Below, in pieces: positions 38,816 through 50,332 of a stretch of DNA of 64,000 nt (its first letter is position 1; each line of letters starts with the position of its first letter). The position numbers and the translations under genes were made by a program. The notes below the pieces were generated by a model. That model saw only the letters and a list, made by a program, of their open reading frames with translations. It was not told the origin of the DNA and made no database searches. This stretch comes from Tubulanus polymorphus (taxonomy: Eukaryota; Animalia; Nemertea), in the NCBI RefSeq assembly GCF_964204645.1, contig NC_134027.1, positions 2,698,485 to 2,762,484 on the forward strand, in the 5' to 3' direction.

Positions 38816-40859
38816 TTAGCACTTTCCGCATGTCTTTTTACAATATTTGATAGCTAATGTATTAGTGCCGCATTGGGATGCTAATGTCGGGCATTTCTCG
38901 AGTAAATCCTTGCACTTCGGAAGTGGAGGATCACCTGCAAAAATATAACATCAGAAATCATAAATATCTAAATCCTATCAAATCGTGGTAATGTTAAAAT
39001 CATTTGGTTCGAATCAAATAAAAATCGTATTCATCGTTTAAACTTACAGCCATACAAAAGTCGAACTCGTTTAGCGTCTAAAGAACCCTTTTTTATGCCA
39101 GAGTTGCGTCCAACTATTTCAGGATATTTCGGTATGATGGTTGGTTTTCGATTTTTACTACAATCATATGTCAGATGAATTATCAATTTTCAGAGAAATG
39201 TCCTTCAAATACAGCATTTACGAAACATTTTAGGGCAAATACCTGAATGCATATTTGCCATAGTGCATGATGGATGGATAGTTGTATCCAGTTCCCAGGT
39301 TATTGGTGTCGGCTTTGTGGAAATTATAGATATTTGCTGCAAAAAATGTATCACCACATTATTTTATATACATCTCAATGGCTGACAATTGCTTTAGATA
39401 AACTGCTTTATCTACATTAAAATGCGCTGCGTGTCTTTTTCAAACCTAGGATTCGTATTTGTACCAAACATGGCATATGTCTAACGGATGACGTTAACAG
39501 AAAGTTTCTGAAGATACAGTCAAAGCAAACCGCGCTGCGTATTCAGTCCAATAGAGGAGCCCCGGCAAGTGTGTTTGCATCGTACGTAAAAAATGATGGG
39601 GGTTCGGCCGAGCAGGTTAAACAGATCTAACGTATCGTTATGACGTGGCAAGTATCTGACACTGAAAGCGTAGGCCTACCTGGTTCGATGTTTTCAAAGT
39701 GTACTACAATGAAATCGTCTCTATCCGAACGAGTTTGCTCGTGTTTGAAACCCATAGCATGAAGAAACTCATGTTGCATCGTGTGCTCTCGGAAACAGCC
39801 CCAACTATTCAACGATAATCTCTGCGCTCCTCCGACCATTCCGACAAATGACGAACATCTAAAAACATTTATTCATTAAACATATTCTCTGAACAAAGAA
39901 CTAATAAGATAATCTAAAAGTTATGTTATAAGGATAGCAAGACATTTCGAAAAGAGACGATTCATGCTACATGTGATACATAATGAGGACTCCAACCGAA
40001 TTTTGCTCAAACAGTTAACTCAAACAGTTGGACATAGTGTAGCATTACATGAATGCGCCATCTATCTTTTTGTGACGATAGTACAGTTGTAATTCAGAAG
40101 TCCAACACAGCATTTAGTTTGAAGTCAGATCGGATGTACACTGCGTCCTCAACCTACCCGGATCCGCTGTATACACTGATGTAGTTTTGCTCGTTGGTTC
40201 TCGGCACAAATCTAATACAGTCAGTACCTATAGCCTTTTCGAGGTATGATAACGCCCGTCTAATTTTCCATCGAAGGAGAAAATCTGATGGCGAAACGAA
40301 GCAAGAACCAAATGAAACAACAAGAAGATAAAGAGAGATTTTCTGAATGTTTGCCGGATGTCGTGTCACTTACTCATTTTGCTTACATCGTATATCACGT
40401 TACCACCTGGCCATAACTTAGCACCCCGCAGTGCGTTCCGAAAGTTCTGCATGCAAAGTAAAGAAATCGTTTTGATTTTTGGAGGTTAATATCGGTTGAT
40501 TATCTTTGAATTCTAGGTATCTTTGCATACCCCGTTTAGAATGATATCTCCTTCAAATCCACCTGAAAATTCCTCAGGATTTTCGGCTGAAATTCAAAAT
40601 CTTTATTAATTTCAATAATAACTAGCGCGCCCCTACAATATCGCTACATCCATTGATTCTTGTCGGAATAAGAAAGCTAAGTACCGTACCCTTATATTTT
40701 TCAAATTCATCTTCTGTCAACTCCTAAAGATTATCAAGAATCGTGTTAGAAATTCAACAAATTGATTGTATTTAAAATCATGTCATACAGTTGTTTTTAT
40801 ACCTGACTAATGACCGTCACCAATAATACAGATACTAAACATAGTACGTTTAGTGTCAT
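38816..40859 (-). CDS. Secreted astacin metalloprotease with propeptide and C-terminal ShK domain
   Basis: Signal MTLNVLCLVSVLLVTVISQ, FEGDII propeptide, WPGGNVIY, CIRFVPRT, HEFLHAMGFKHEQTRSDRD, SIMHYG, and ShK CKD..C..C..CKKTCGKC*. Confidence 0.92.
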
Positions 40860-41486
40860 TGTCCCAACGTGCGTTTTTTAAATCATTCTCATCAAATTGT
40901 TTGGTTCTATTTATTCGTTGACTTTATTTTGCACCTGTCAAAAACACACCATCTCACGCCTACATCTCTATAGGTAATTTGTTTTTTGCCACTATTAACG
41001 TTGTCAGATAAGATTATTAACATATCTTTATACTGCAGCTAAAATCAGTGGCTCCATAAATATATAAATATCAAGATACCCATTAAGCCACCTTTGCTTG
41101 AAAAAACCTCTTTTAGAGCGTTCAGTTATTGTATATTTCATCGGAGGCTTTTCTTAGAAAACCGTTAATGTTATATCGTGAAGTTAGACTTCACGTGAAG
41201 TTACTACTAAATCAAATCAATTCGAATGTCCACCGTAGGAAATGTCAGATGTTTGAAGAATGTATATTTCATATCTTGGAATAATGAATCATGGATAGCT
41301 ACGGATATTTTTGAAATATGGAATTGGTTATAAAGAAGGGTAGAGAGGTCTGGGCGATACGAGTCTGTGCGACAGTGATCCAGTGTAACCCTTATTAGAC
41401 CGCCTCGAATATAATTCTATTCACGGGGCTTCTCCGCATTCCTCATTCGAAGTCCACTCGAAGCCCGCTTTGGCAGTCGAGGGGTG

Positions 41487-41781
41487 CTGTGGCGAATTTA
41501 TCGAAACGTACTCAATTTTCTGAGTACCACTACAAGTATAGTTCTCGACACATTTATCTAAAGGTGCACTCAAGTTTGGGTACTGTACTTGCCTTACCAC
41601 GCGCTAAAGAGCATGGTAATTTTGAGAATACCCGAGAAAAAAATGGCGGCCACTCACATGCAACTTCGACCATGTTGCAACGAAAACCAACATAACTTAT
41701 TTATCTACAAAATTGATTAAAGCCCTATACTTGTCAAGTAACCTACCTGAAATAAGGTAAATCTCGATAAATTCGCCATAG
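41487..41781. mobile_element. ~295-bp MITE-like element
   Basis: TIR ctgtggcgaatttatcga / tcgataaattcgccatag. Confidence 0.5.
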
Positions 41782-41954
41782 TGGTGAATTCATCGTACTG
41801 TCGCACTATGGGAAGTTCATACACAACTAATGAGACCTGATTCGAATTACGTACGATCGGTGCCAAATCGATTGTTTTATTCAGCCATTTTGATTAAAAT
41901 TTCCTGTGAGCAATTAATAACTTTTGATTAATTAAACATAAACGAAATACATGA

Positions 41955-44900
41955 CTATAGAATAATACACAGTGAACTTATTAACTTTTCATCTTCTACT
42001 TTTTTCGCTGCATCCATGTCTACTTTATCTGTTGTCTCCGTGTCTACTTTCTGCGCTGCCTCCGTATCGACTTTATTCGCCGTTTCTGTTTGTCCTGCAT
42101 TTGATTTGTCAATAGATTGGTGGAATTCATCGTAATGTTTATGCGTTGATTCAAAAGTTTCAGCCGATTCCAAACCATCCGTCGACCCGTCCGCTAGTGT
42201 TATCTGAATATCAACTTGTGGAACCGGATTTTCGGGACGGCCAATCAGAAAATACGTGCACATCCGGCCTTTCCCTTTAACTTCGATGACACCACGACTT
42301 GTTAGACCATAATTCAAGTCGGCGATGCGGCTGTAAATGTAAGATCAGCATTTCAATTATTCACAGGAACGTTGGTTTCTAGTCGCATATCTCATCACGG
42401 ATATTTACTTACGTTTTTGTAGTCGGACTCAGGTGAATTCGACCCGGCTGACCGTGACTTTCCATACGCGACGCTGTATTTACCGTATCGCCAAATAAAC
42501 AATATCTGGGCATCTTATCTCCGACTACTCCCGCTACGACCGGCCCCGTGTGAATTCCAACTCGAATCTGCGCGAAACATTTCATAAAACGATTACAACC
42601 GAATCCATCAAAATGTTATTCGATGTTATAATTAGCCAGTGTTTTTTACCTGCAGTGGTTTACCGGTTGCTGGAGAGTGGACTTCCATTGACTTTTCTAT
42701 CATATCGAGGGCAAAATTAGCCACTTTCTCCGCGTGGTTCTTTATTGGTTCTGGTACACCTCCTACCACCATGTACGCGTCGCCGATAGTCTCAACCTAT
42801 CAAAACAATCAACACCATTATTCGAGAAGAACTAGCAGATTTTCAATGATTTTCAGATATAATAAACACCTTGTAAACATCATGTTTAGTCGTTAGTCTG
42901 TCAAATCGTAAATACATAGCGTTCAGCATCTTGACTATATCCAATGGAGAACACGCGGCTGCGATATTCGTAAAAGTCACAATATCACTGAATAGAATCG
43001 TCACCTCTTCAAATTTCTCTACAGAAACAAACCACGAAAACGATTGACGGAATATCAAATATAGCATCATTCTATAGAATGAAACTGATCGTTCTTTCAT
43101 AGACTATTTGAACTACCAAGAATTTACTACTTTCGCGCCAAAAGAGATGTGGCGGTGAAAGATGTAAAAGTATATACAGTTCGAGGGCTCTGGAATAAAC
43201 GACAGGATACAGAATAGTCAGGTGATAGTTTGTTACGTATTTAGCTACTTAAGTTCTAAGATTAATACCCTACCAGCATCGACTTTGAGACCATTGCGCA
43301 GTTGTTCGGCAACTTTTACGGGGAGCATCTGATGAAGTAACGTATCCGTTTTTTGTTTCTCTTTTTCCAGAGCGACCGCAGTTTTCTTCAATTCAGCTGT
43401 AGTTTCATCTAACTTCTTACTGTAATAAATACGACCAGATGGTCAATGTAACTAGATTATCTATCGAATATATTGCGGTTATTGAACTCCACATGTCGCG
43501 CACTGATGAAAGCATTGTTTATTTGATTGATCGGAGATAACGCTAAATGGCGTTATTCCCCAAATTCAATATTTCTAATGAATCTTATATCTATACTAAA
43601 ATGCTATGTCACCACTAATGCTGATTACTCATTTTAATGAATTATAGATTTTCCACTATCATTAAAATTACGTGTATCGTCTAACCTAATCTCAATTTCG
43701 GCGATGCGCTGTTGATTCAGCAAAACCAGTTCTCTCGTAACATCGTATAAAGGTATATCGGATAGAAAGACGCCTTTTTCTTCTAATTCATTAAGACTAG
43801 ATAATCTCGGTGATCCGATGAACATCATGTGCTTCGTGTCTTTCATCCACGACATTTGACCTGCAGAGAACAATTTGAAAGACGCGCTCGTTTTGTGGTA
43901 TTGCACCATTTCCTGTTAAAACGATCAGCTACTATGAATGACAGTACTGTTATCGGGGTGAGCCATGGCGAGTCGGGTTAGTCTTCACGTAAGACGTTCA
44001 TGCGAGACTAAAGCACATGAACATACCTTCGGGTACCGACCCGCTAATTCGATACTCACCTTTTCATTTTTTTATCGTGGATTTTCTCAATACGATGTAG
44101 AAAGTAATTGTTATGTTGAATATGTAGTGATTATTATATCGCTATCATATTGACTAAAATCATTCATATTCTTAGATTATAAGAAATAATCAATGAATTG
44201 CAAATTCAAAAAGAAAAAGCAACCTAATTAGAACCTCGATTACTCAGTTAATGGGACGTCGGATGCGATATGATGAATAATTGATGAATCGCAAATTTAA
44301 AAAGAAAACGAAAACCTTATTAAAACCTTAAAAAAACCATTAATGTGATATGTGAATGCGGTGAAAACTAATGTAATATTATGCGAGACTCTAACTTGGA
44401 ACCTTCGGTTTCAACAAAGATTAATAAAGTGTTAACTTAATTGAATTGGTCTCTGAAGTGACCGATTCGGCCACGGTGACCAGACGATGACTGAACCCGG
44501 TCAATATTCACGATGACGTAGTGCGCTGATAGTTACACTACATCCACCCCCGGGGTTCAGCGGTGGAGATTTAACAAAAACTATTTCAGGAATCTATGAG
44601 TTAAACGAATTAACGTATTCTAATTAATGTCGAGTAGAAATTAAGAGCAGTCAAAATTTTATCGAAATCTGACATACTCCGACAGTTTTAATGAAAAGAG
44701 TTAAAGTGCGTTGGAAGAAGGAAGAATATGATATACTTCAAGTACCTTTCAGTAATACAGTGTGTTCGTTTCCAGTCGATGCATGTTTCGATTCGAGCAC
44801 GAAAACTGCATTAATAAACTTGTGGATGTTTTCAATGGTAATCGGCATTCTAGGTTGAGAGAATCGAAACACGCAGTCCAGGTTTACTGACGGCGCCTGT

Positions 44901-47788
44901 AGTTGGTGTAATAATTTCTGAAGAATGCACCCGCTTTGTTTTATTTCGAGATTCTCGTCAAACACGATGTGATACGGGAACATCTTGCAGAATTGTTGGT
45001 TGCTGATGTGCGAATCCACAGGGCAAAACGGCATGAACTGCTGGGGACCTCCGATCTGCGATGCAGGCGTACACGGTCTAGAGATGACACGTAGATCAGC
45101 TACTGAAGCGGATTGGTTGTTGTCGACGCCCAGTTCGTCATCGGTCAGCTTTAGCAGGAAGACGACGTGTTCTTGTGGTTTTGCAGTTTCATCGACGAGT
45201 TCTTCGTTGACGGACACGACTGAGATCGTTAGACGAGTACCGAACAATTCAATAGCAACTGCTTTTACCAAACCTATAATGAATAGCAGTATGGAATTCA
45301 CAAAACAGCGGTTCATTTCACTGCTTATATATGTATGCATTTAATTACGGAATAGTTAATGTATATATGTTAGAAACCCTTAGAAAACCCTTCCAACAAA
45401 TTGTTTTTGACGGGGTCTCATGCATATATCCATTTTGTGATTTTTGAAGTGAAATTTTGAACTAAAAACTCACCGGATACAATAGGATACAATCCAGGGC
45501 GAACTGTATAATAGTGCAGATTCAACGTCCCGTCTTTATTTTCGTCGCATCTGTTAGTGAGGATTGAACACGGAAAATCATTGGGAAACTGTTGAAATAT
45601 CAAATTTGATGGTAAATGTATTGTGCGGTCTATGTTCCATACCTGAACGATGGGGCTTCGATATTTTTGTAAGTCATAGCCAGTAATGCGTGGAGGGAGT
45701 CTAGATTCTGAATGAAAGTTTTGAAATCTTCTCCTAACGTACGCAGCATCTTATCATAACCATGTTCCATGCAGTAAGTCAGAAAATATTCACCAAAAAC
45801 CTCCAGAACTGCCTCAATGGGAATGCCTTCGTTTTAGAAAGAAAATATCAAAATGAAAAAAGTTCATTATTTCGATTGGTGAAATCGAGGATTGTTTTGT
45901 TTTCGGTATTGTTTTGACAAGAGTCACTGATTTGATACAATCTAACGCACTTCATTGCCACAATCACGTGTTAATCAAAAGAGAACGAGGTATGGCCAGT
46001 TGTTTCAATACGCTTATTGCAGATCAGGAAATAGTACTACTAATTAGAATGAGTTCACGAGGAAGTCATCTTATTCGAAGGTATCATTTCTAATTCCAAA
46101 CACTCGATGTAATGCTTACCAAGTATTTCACCAACCGAACCAACAAGTTGGAAAGTAAGACTATCGTCATATCGGTGAAATATCATGAAATGATCCACTT
46201 CATCGAGTCCACAGTTCTCTCTAACAATAAAAATGTTTGGACATCAGCTCTCAGCACCGACTGCGGTGGCTGATTCGGGCAATCGTGAAAAATACCGAAA
46301 AGTTTACACGACGGCCCGAATCATCAGCCACAATCAATATTCTAATGAATATAGAAGCGAGAATACTTTTCTAAAAACAAACCTACATGATTTTCTTCCA
46401 CGTGGTTTCTCCGAATTTCTCCAGCACCAATTTTCGAACGCAAGAATGAATTTGACCGTACTGTAACGTTCAGAGCCATAGAAGGAAAACAAATTTAATC
46501 GTGAATCAATCATCGGTCTACAGAAATCGGTCCCATCCATCAACCCGTCTCGAAGCATCGAACATCGTTAAATACATCGATGCAAATAGAAAATGAAAAT
46601 CCTCGCAATCCAAAAGGAAAAAGAAAATGGATGGTGAGTGGTAATCGTGCGGAGGTTTACAGGTTTTTGTTTAGGTTTGCTGGTCCAGTAATCATTAGCT
46701 GAATCGGTATGAATGCTACATGTGTCTCCAGCGTGTCCATATCAAATTACCTCGCCTCACATTCAGCATATTGATACCACTACATTTTGATTGAATCCGG
46801 AATAATACTTCCTATTCTTTGTTAAATCTGAGCTTCATATTCACGTTTCATATGCGACCCTCGAGCTTTGTAACAACAGGTAAATCTAATCTCGACTCTC
46901 ATATATCAATAAAGAAATATTGAGATGTGAGTTTTGAATAGGTAAGGCGAATTATAAGTTGCGATGGAAAGTGTAAGGATGGATTGCGTATGAGGTTTAT
47001 CTGAGGGCTTAGAGAGATTTCATACAAATCTCTTCATCGATAGAAATGATATTGGAGCATCAATTAAATATGATATGTTATTTTTATACGTTTTAGATTT
47101 TCTATCCACGTTTTGTGACTCTCCTGAAATAACATATCGTGATTTAGATTTTTGACGTTTGAAGTTAACAAAATTGTGTATGGGCTTTTAATTGGCTACT
47201 AATGAGCGTGGGTTATGGATCGTGTATGAAAAGACTATTCACAGTAAGACAGGAAATTAAAATCAAACACAAGTTTGATCAGGGCACCTCCTAGTTTGAT
47301 CTAAAGATGCGATAGCTTAGATAACTTACGTATGGAATTTCAATTGATGTATTAATTGCCTCCTGGCTTAATAAACTCACAGGTATATCGGTCTTTTTGA
47401 ATGGATAAGTTTTTAGAAAACAGATCCAGCAATCACATGCTCTTGAACATGAGTTATGAATATTCGCCATATACACGGAAAAAGACAAATTGAAATTTCG
47501 TTCAATGAAATATTGTGCGTGCAAATTTCATCGTTGCTATAGTCTAATAGGCGACATCTGGGACGTAAAACACGGTTGTTTATGAAGTAATAAAAATGTT
47601 TTAGAATTAATCAAATTTCAGCTACATCTAGTTCCCTGGAATGTAAACAACGTATTTGTCAAATCAAAATTAATGTAAGTTACAGATTTTCGAGATATCT
47701 TCTATGGAGAATTGAAGGTTACCAGCGAAAGTCTGTCAGTATTAAAGATTATGAAGCCAAGAACGAAATAGTTAATATGACTTACCAT
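41955..47788 (-). CDS. Soluble guanylate cyclase beta-type subunit (beta2/atypical-like): H-NOX, PAS, coiled coil, cyclase, C-terminal CaaX
   Basis: ATG|gt at 47786-47788 (tentative start) then [106 protein letters not shown]. Ends CIIL*. Confidence 0.92.
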
Positions 47789-48671
47789 TGTCCCTGATCC
47801 GTTTGAAATAAAATTAAATTTATTTGTTTCCGTAAATAGTAAGTCCCCAGCACCTTTCACAGAGCTTCCTAACTAAATATCGAAATACAGAGTCAGGGCA
47901 GATGAGAGTATTTGCCGTGTTTCAAAATTAAATCCTCCAATCACAGTGACATAGTCGAACGCGCATCCACCTATTTAGATAGGTACATTGATTGGTAACC
48001 CATAAAATGAAAATGCCATGTTCACGTGTCGCATTCATCGTTACTAAGTGCCAGTAACCAGGTTGTGATCGTGTCGAGTAATTAGCAACGAGATAGATGG
48101 AGAGGTGGCGCGACAAATGAAAAATATATTCACATCTCATAATTGTTACAATTACGGTAAAAAGACATGAAAGTTGATTAACGTCAATGTTTCGAGGTTG
48201 ATTTGTTGTGTACATTATCATCGGTGTAACGACGCCAGGACGACATTGATGAACCGCGAACTAAGCAATAAATGCTAATCTAAGGATTCATTATTTGATC
48301 GATGATGGCCATAAATTCATATTTTCTATTCGTCAATTTTGCCGTTGTAGCGAAAGTCATAATGAATGGTAGTATTATCCGATTGTAGATACAGAGTAAC
48401 ATCTGATTTGATTTACGAATAATTTTTTCGACCAAGTTCATTGTCTAGATTTCTAACGGTATCACTTCGTCGAATTGTTACGTTTTATTTGTTTTGAATG
48501 ATGCGGCTGATTCCTCGAAAAGATAAATTTGTTTAAAATGTTTGATCTTAAATGTGAATTGAAAAATGGTGATTTCTAGTGATGAAGTAACGATTTTTAT
48601 TGTTGACTTGAAGGTGATATAAATTTAATAAACTATTTTACCTTACTGATTGTAGGGCTCGGGTTGTAGTC

Positions 48672-49511
48672 ATGCCCAACTGCGATAAAGACGTACCGTT
48701 CTGGGAAGCCCAATGCGCGGTTGAATCCGAATTAAGGCAACTATTTCATTGGCAAAGATTCTACGAAAATCGTTTTTTCAATCCACACATCGAACACAAA
48801 GGTAAGGCGTTAGGTATAATAACGGCTACTTATGAATTACGTTGTAGATCTATATAAGAAATAGTTTGCATTCTTTCAGCTAAAGACGTGAATGCTGCTC
48901 TACGAAAGTCTACAAATAGTGTGAAAGTTAATAGTCGTTTAGGAAGAAAGCGCAATGTAGGCTGGGGTTACCACTGCGCGGGAGAGTTTTCGACATACTT
49001 TCCAAACTTTTCTAAAGAAGACACGCACAGAAAAAACTACACATTTAAGGTCGACTCACAGGCAACTACCGGAAAAGGATTAGGAATTCCTAAAAAACCG
49101 GACGAATCCTCGAATAAAGAGATATCGACACCGAGTCCTACACTAGTATTTCCCAGAATACCACGACAAAGTCCATTGGGTAAAAAACTACTTTCTACTA
49201 AACCATTACGAGTAGAGGCTAAGGTCCAACCAGCCGATTTAGACATGATTCTAGATGCGCAAACAAATCATATTTTCACAACGATTCCGGATCCAGATCC
49301 GTTTGAAGATGACGATTTCTATGAAAAGAATTTTCCGCTCTTGCTAAGACGCATTGACTGTAACGAGATGTCGCAAGCTGAAATAGAGAGACGGGAGAGA
49401 CTGAAGTTAGCCACGCTTTCACCAATCGCATTTTCACCATCGATAGAAACTTTCCAACACGGAGGAAATAGACGACTTTCACAATACGGCGCTCAATACT
49501 TCAATTTCTAA
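48672..49511 (+). CDS. Uncharacterised two-exon protein (~250 aa); exons 48672-48801 and 48880-49511
   Basis: In-frame G|gtaagg...ttctttcag|CT junction joins a 43-codon exon to a 207-codon ORF. No domain recognised. Confidence 0.65.
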
Positions 49512-50332
49512 TTAAATTCAAATTTCAACTGCCAAAAGACAGCTCATATTTATTACAATGTATCCATCCATTCAACCCCAGACCGCAACATAACATTTAT
49601 ATGTACAACATGGCGTAAAATAATCAACATTTTTACAGACTTCTTTCCGAAATCAATCCATTTTCATACAAGAAAAAACATGTCTCGTGATTTCACGGCG
49701 ATTGATCTCATCAGGTGCGTGATTCTAAATCATTGCCACTTGTTATCGTATATTCAGAGTTTTTCACCGGTCTCGTTGACGGACCGCAGCATCGAGCAGC
49801 TCGCCGTAATTCAGCTAACATTCTACGACAAAACGATTCCTACAACGAGAATGAAAAACCAATCAACCCCAGTTTCAATCTCTAATTCAGCCTAATGCGT
49901 CAAATTTTCATAACCTAGAGTGAAATTGTATTTCACGATGTTAAGGCCTATCACACTTTTGTTATTGGCTAAAAAACCGATCATGAAAATCTAATCAATC
50001 ATGCTATGAGAGAATGATACAATAATTAACCGTGTTTGAAACGATTGATCGCGTGTTGCACGCGAGGTCTTAATGCCTATCATCCGTCTTCAAATTTATA
50101 TTATTTGAATAGCGGAACCGAAAAATGTTTCGCAAATAATCTACAAAACTTGAAAACGAGTAGATTTGAATCGTAAATGGCTTTTGTCTGAAAGTGGATT
50201 ATGCCCATGTATACTACGGTAAAAACCGCTTTAGAATAAACCGGTTTTATTTCGAACTCGCTATGGCAGGTCGTTCGTTCAAACTGCTTTCCTCGGAACC
50301 GGTTTTAGATCGGTATCCAACCAGCGTCTACG

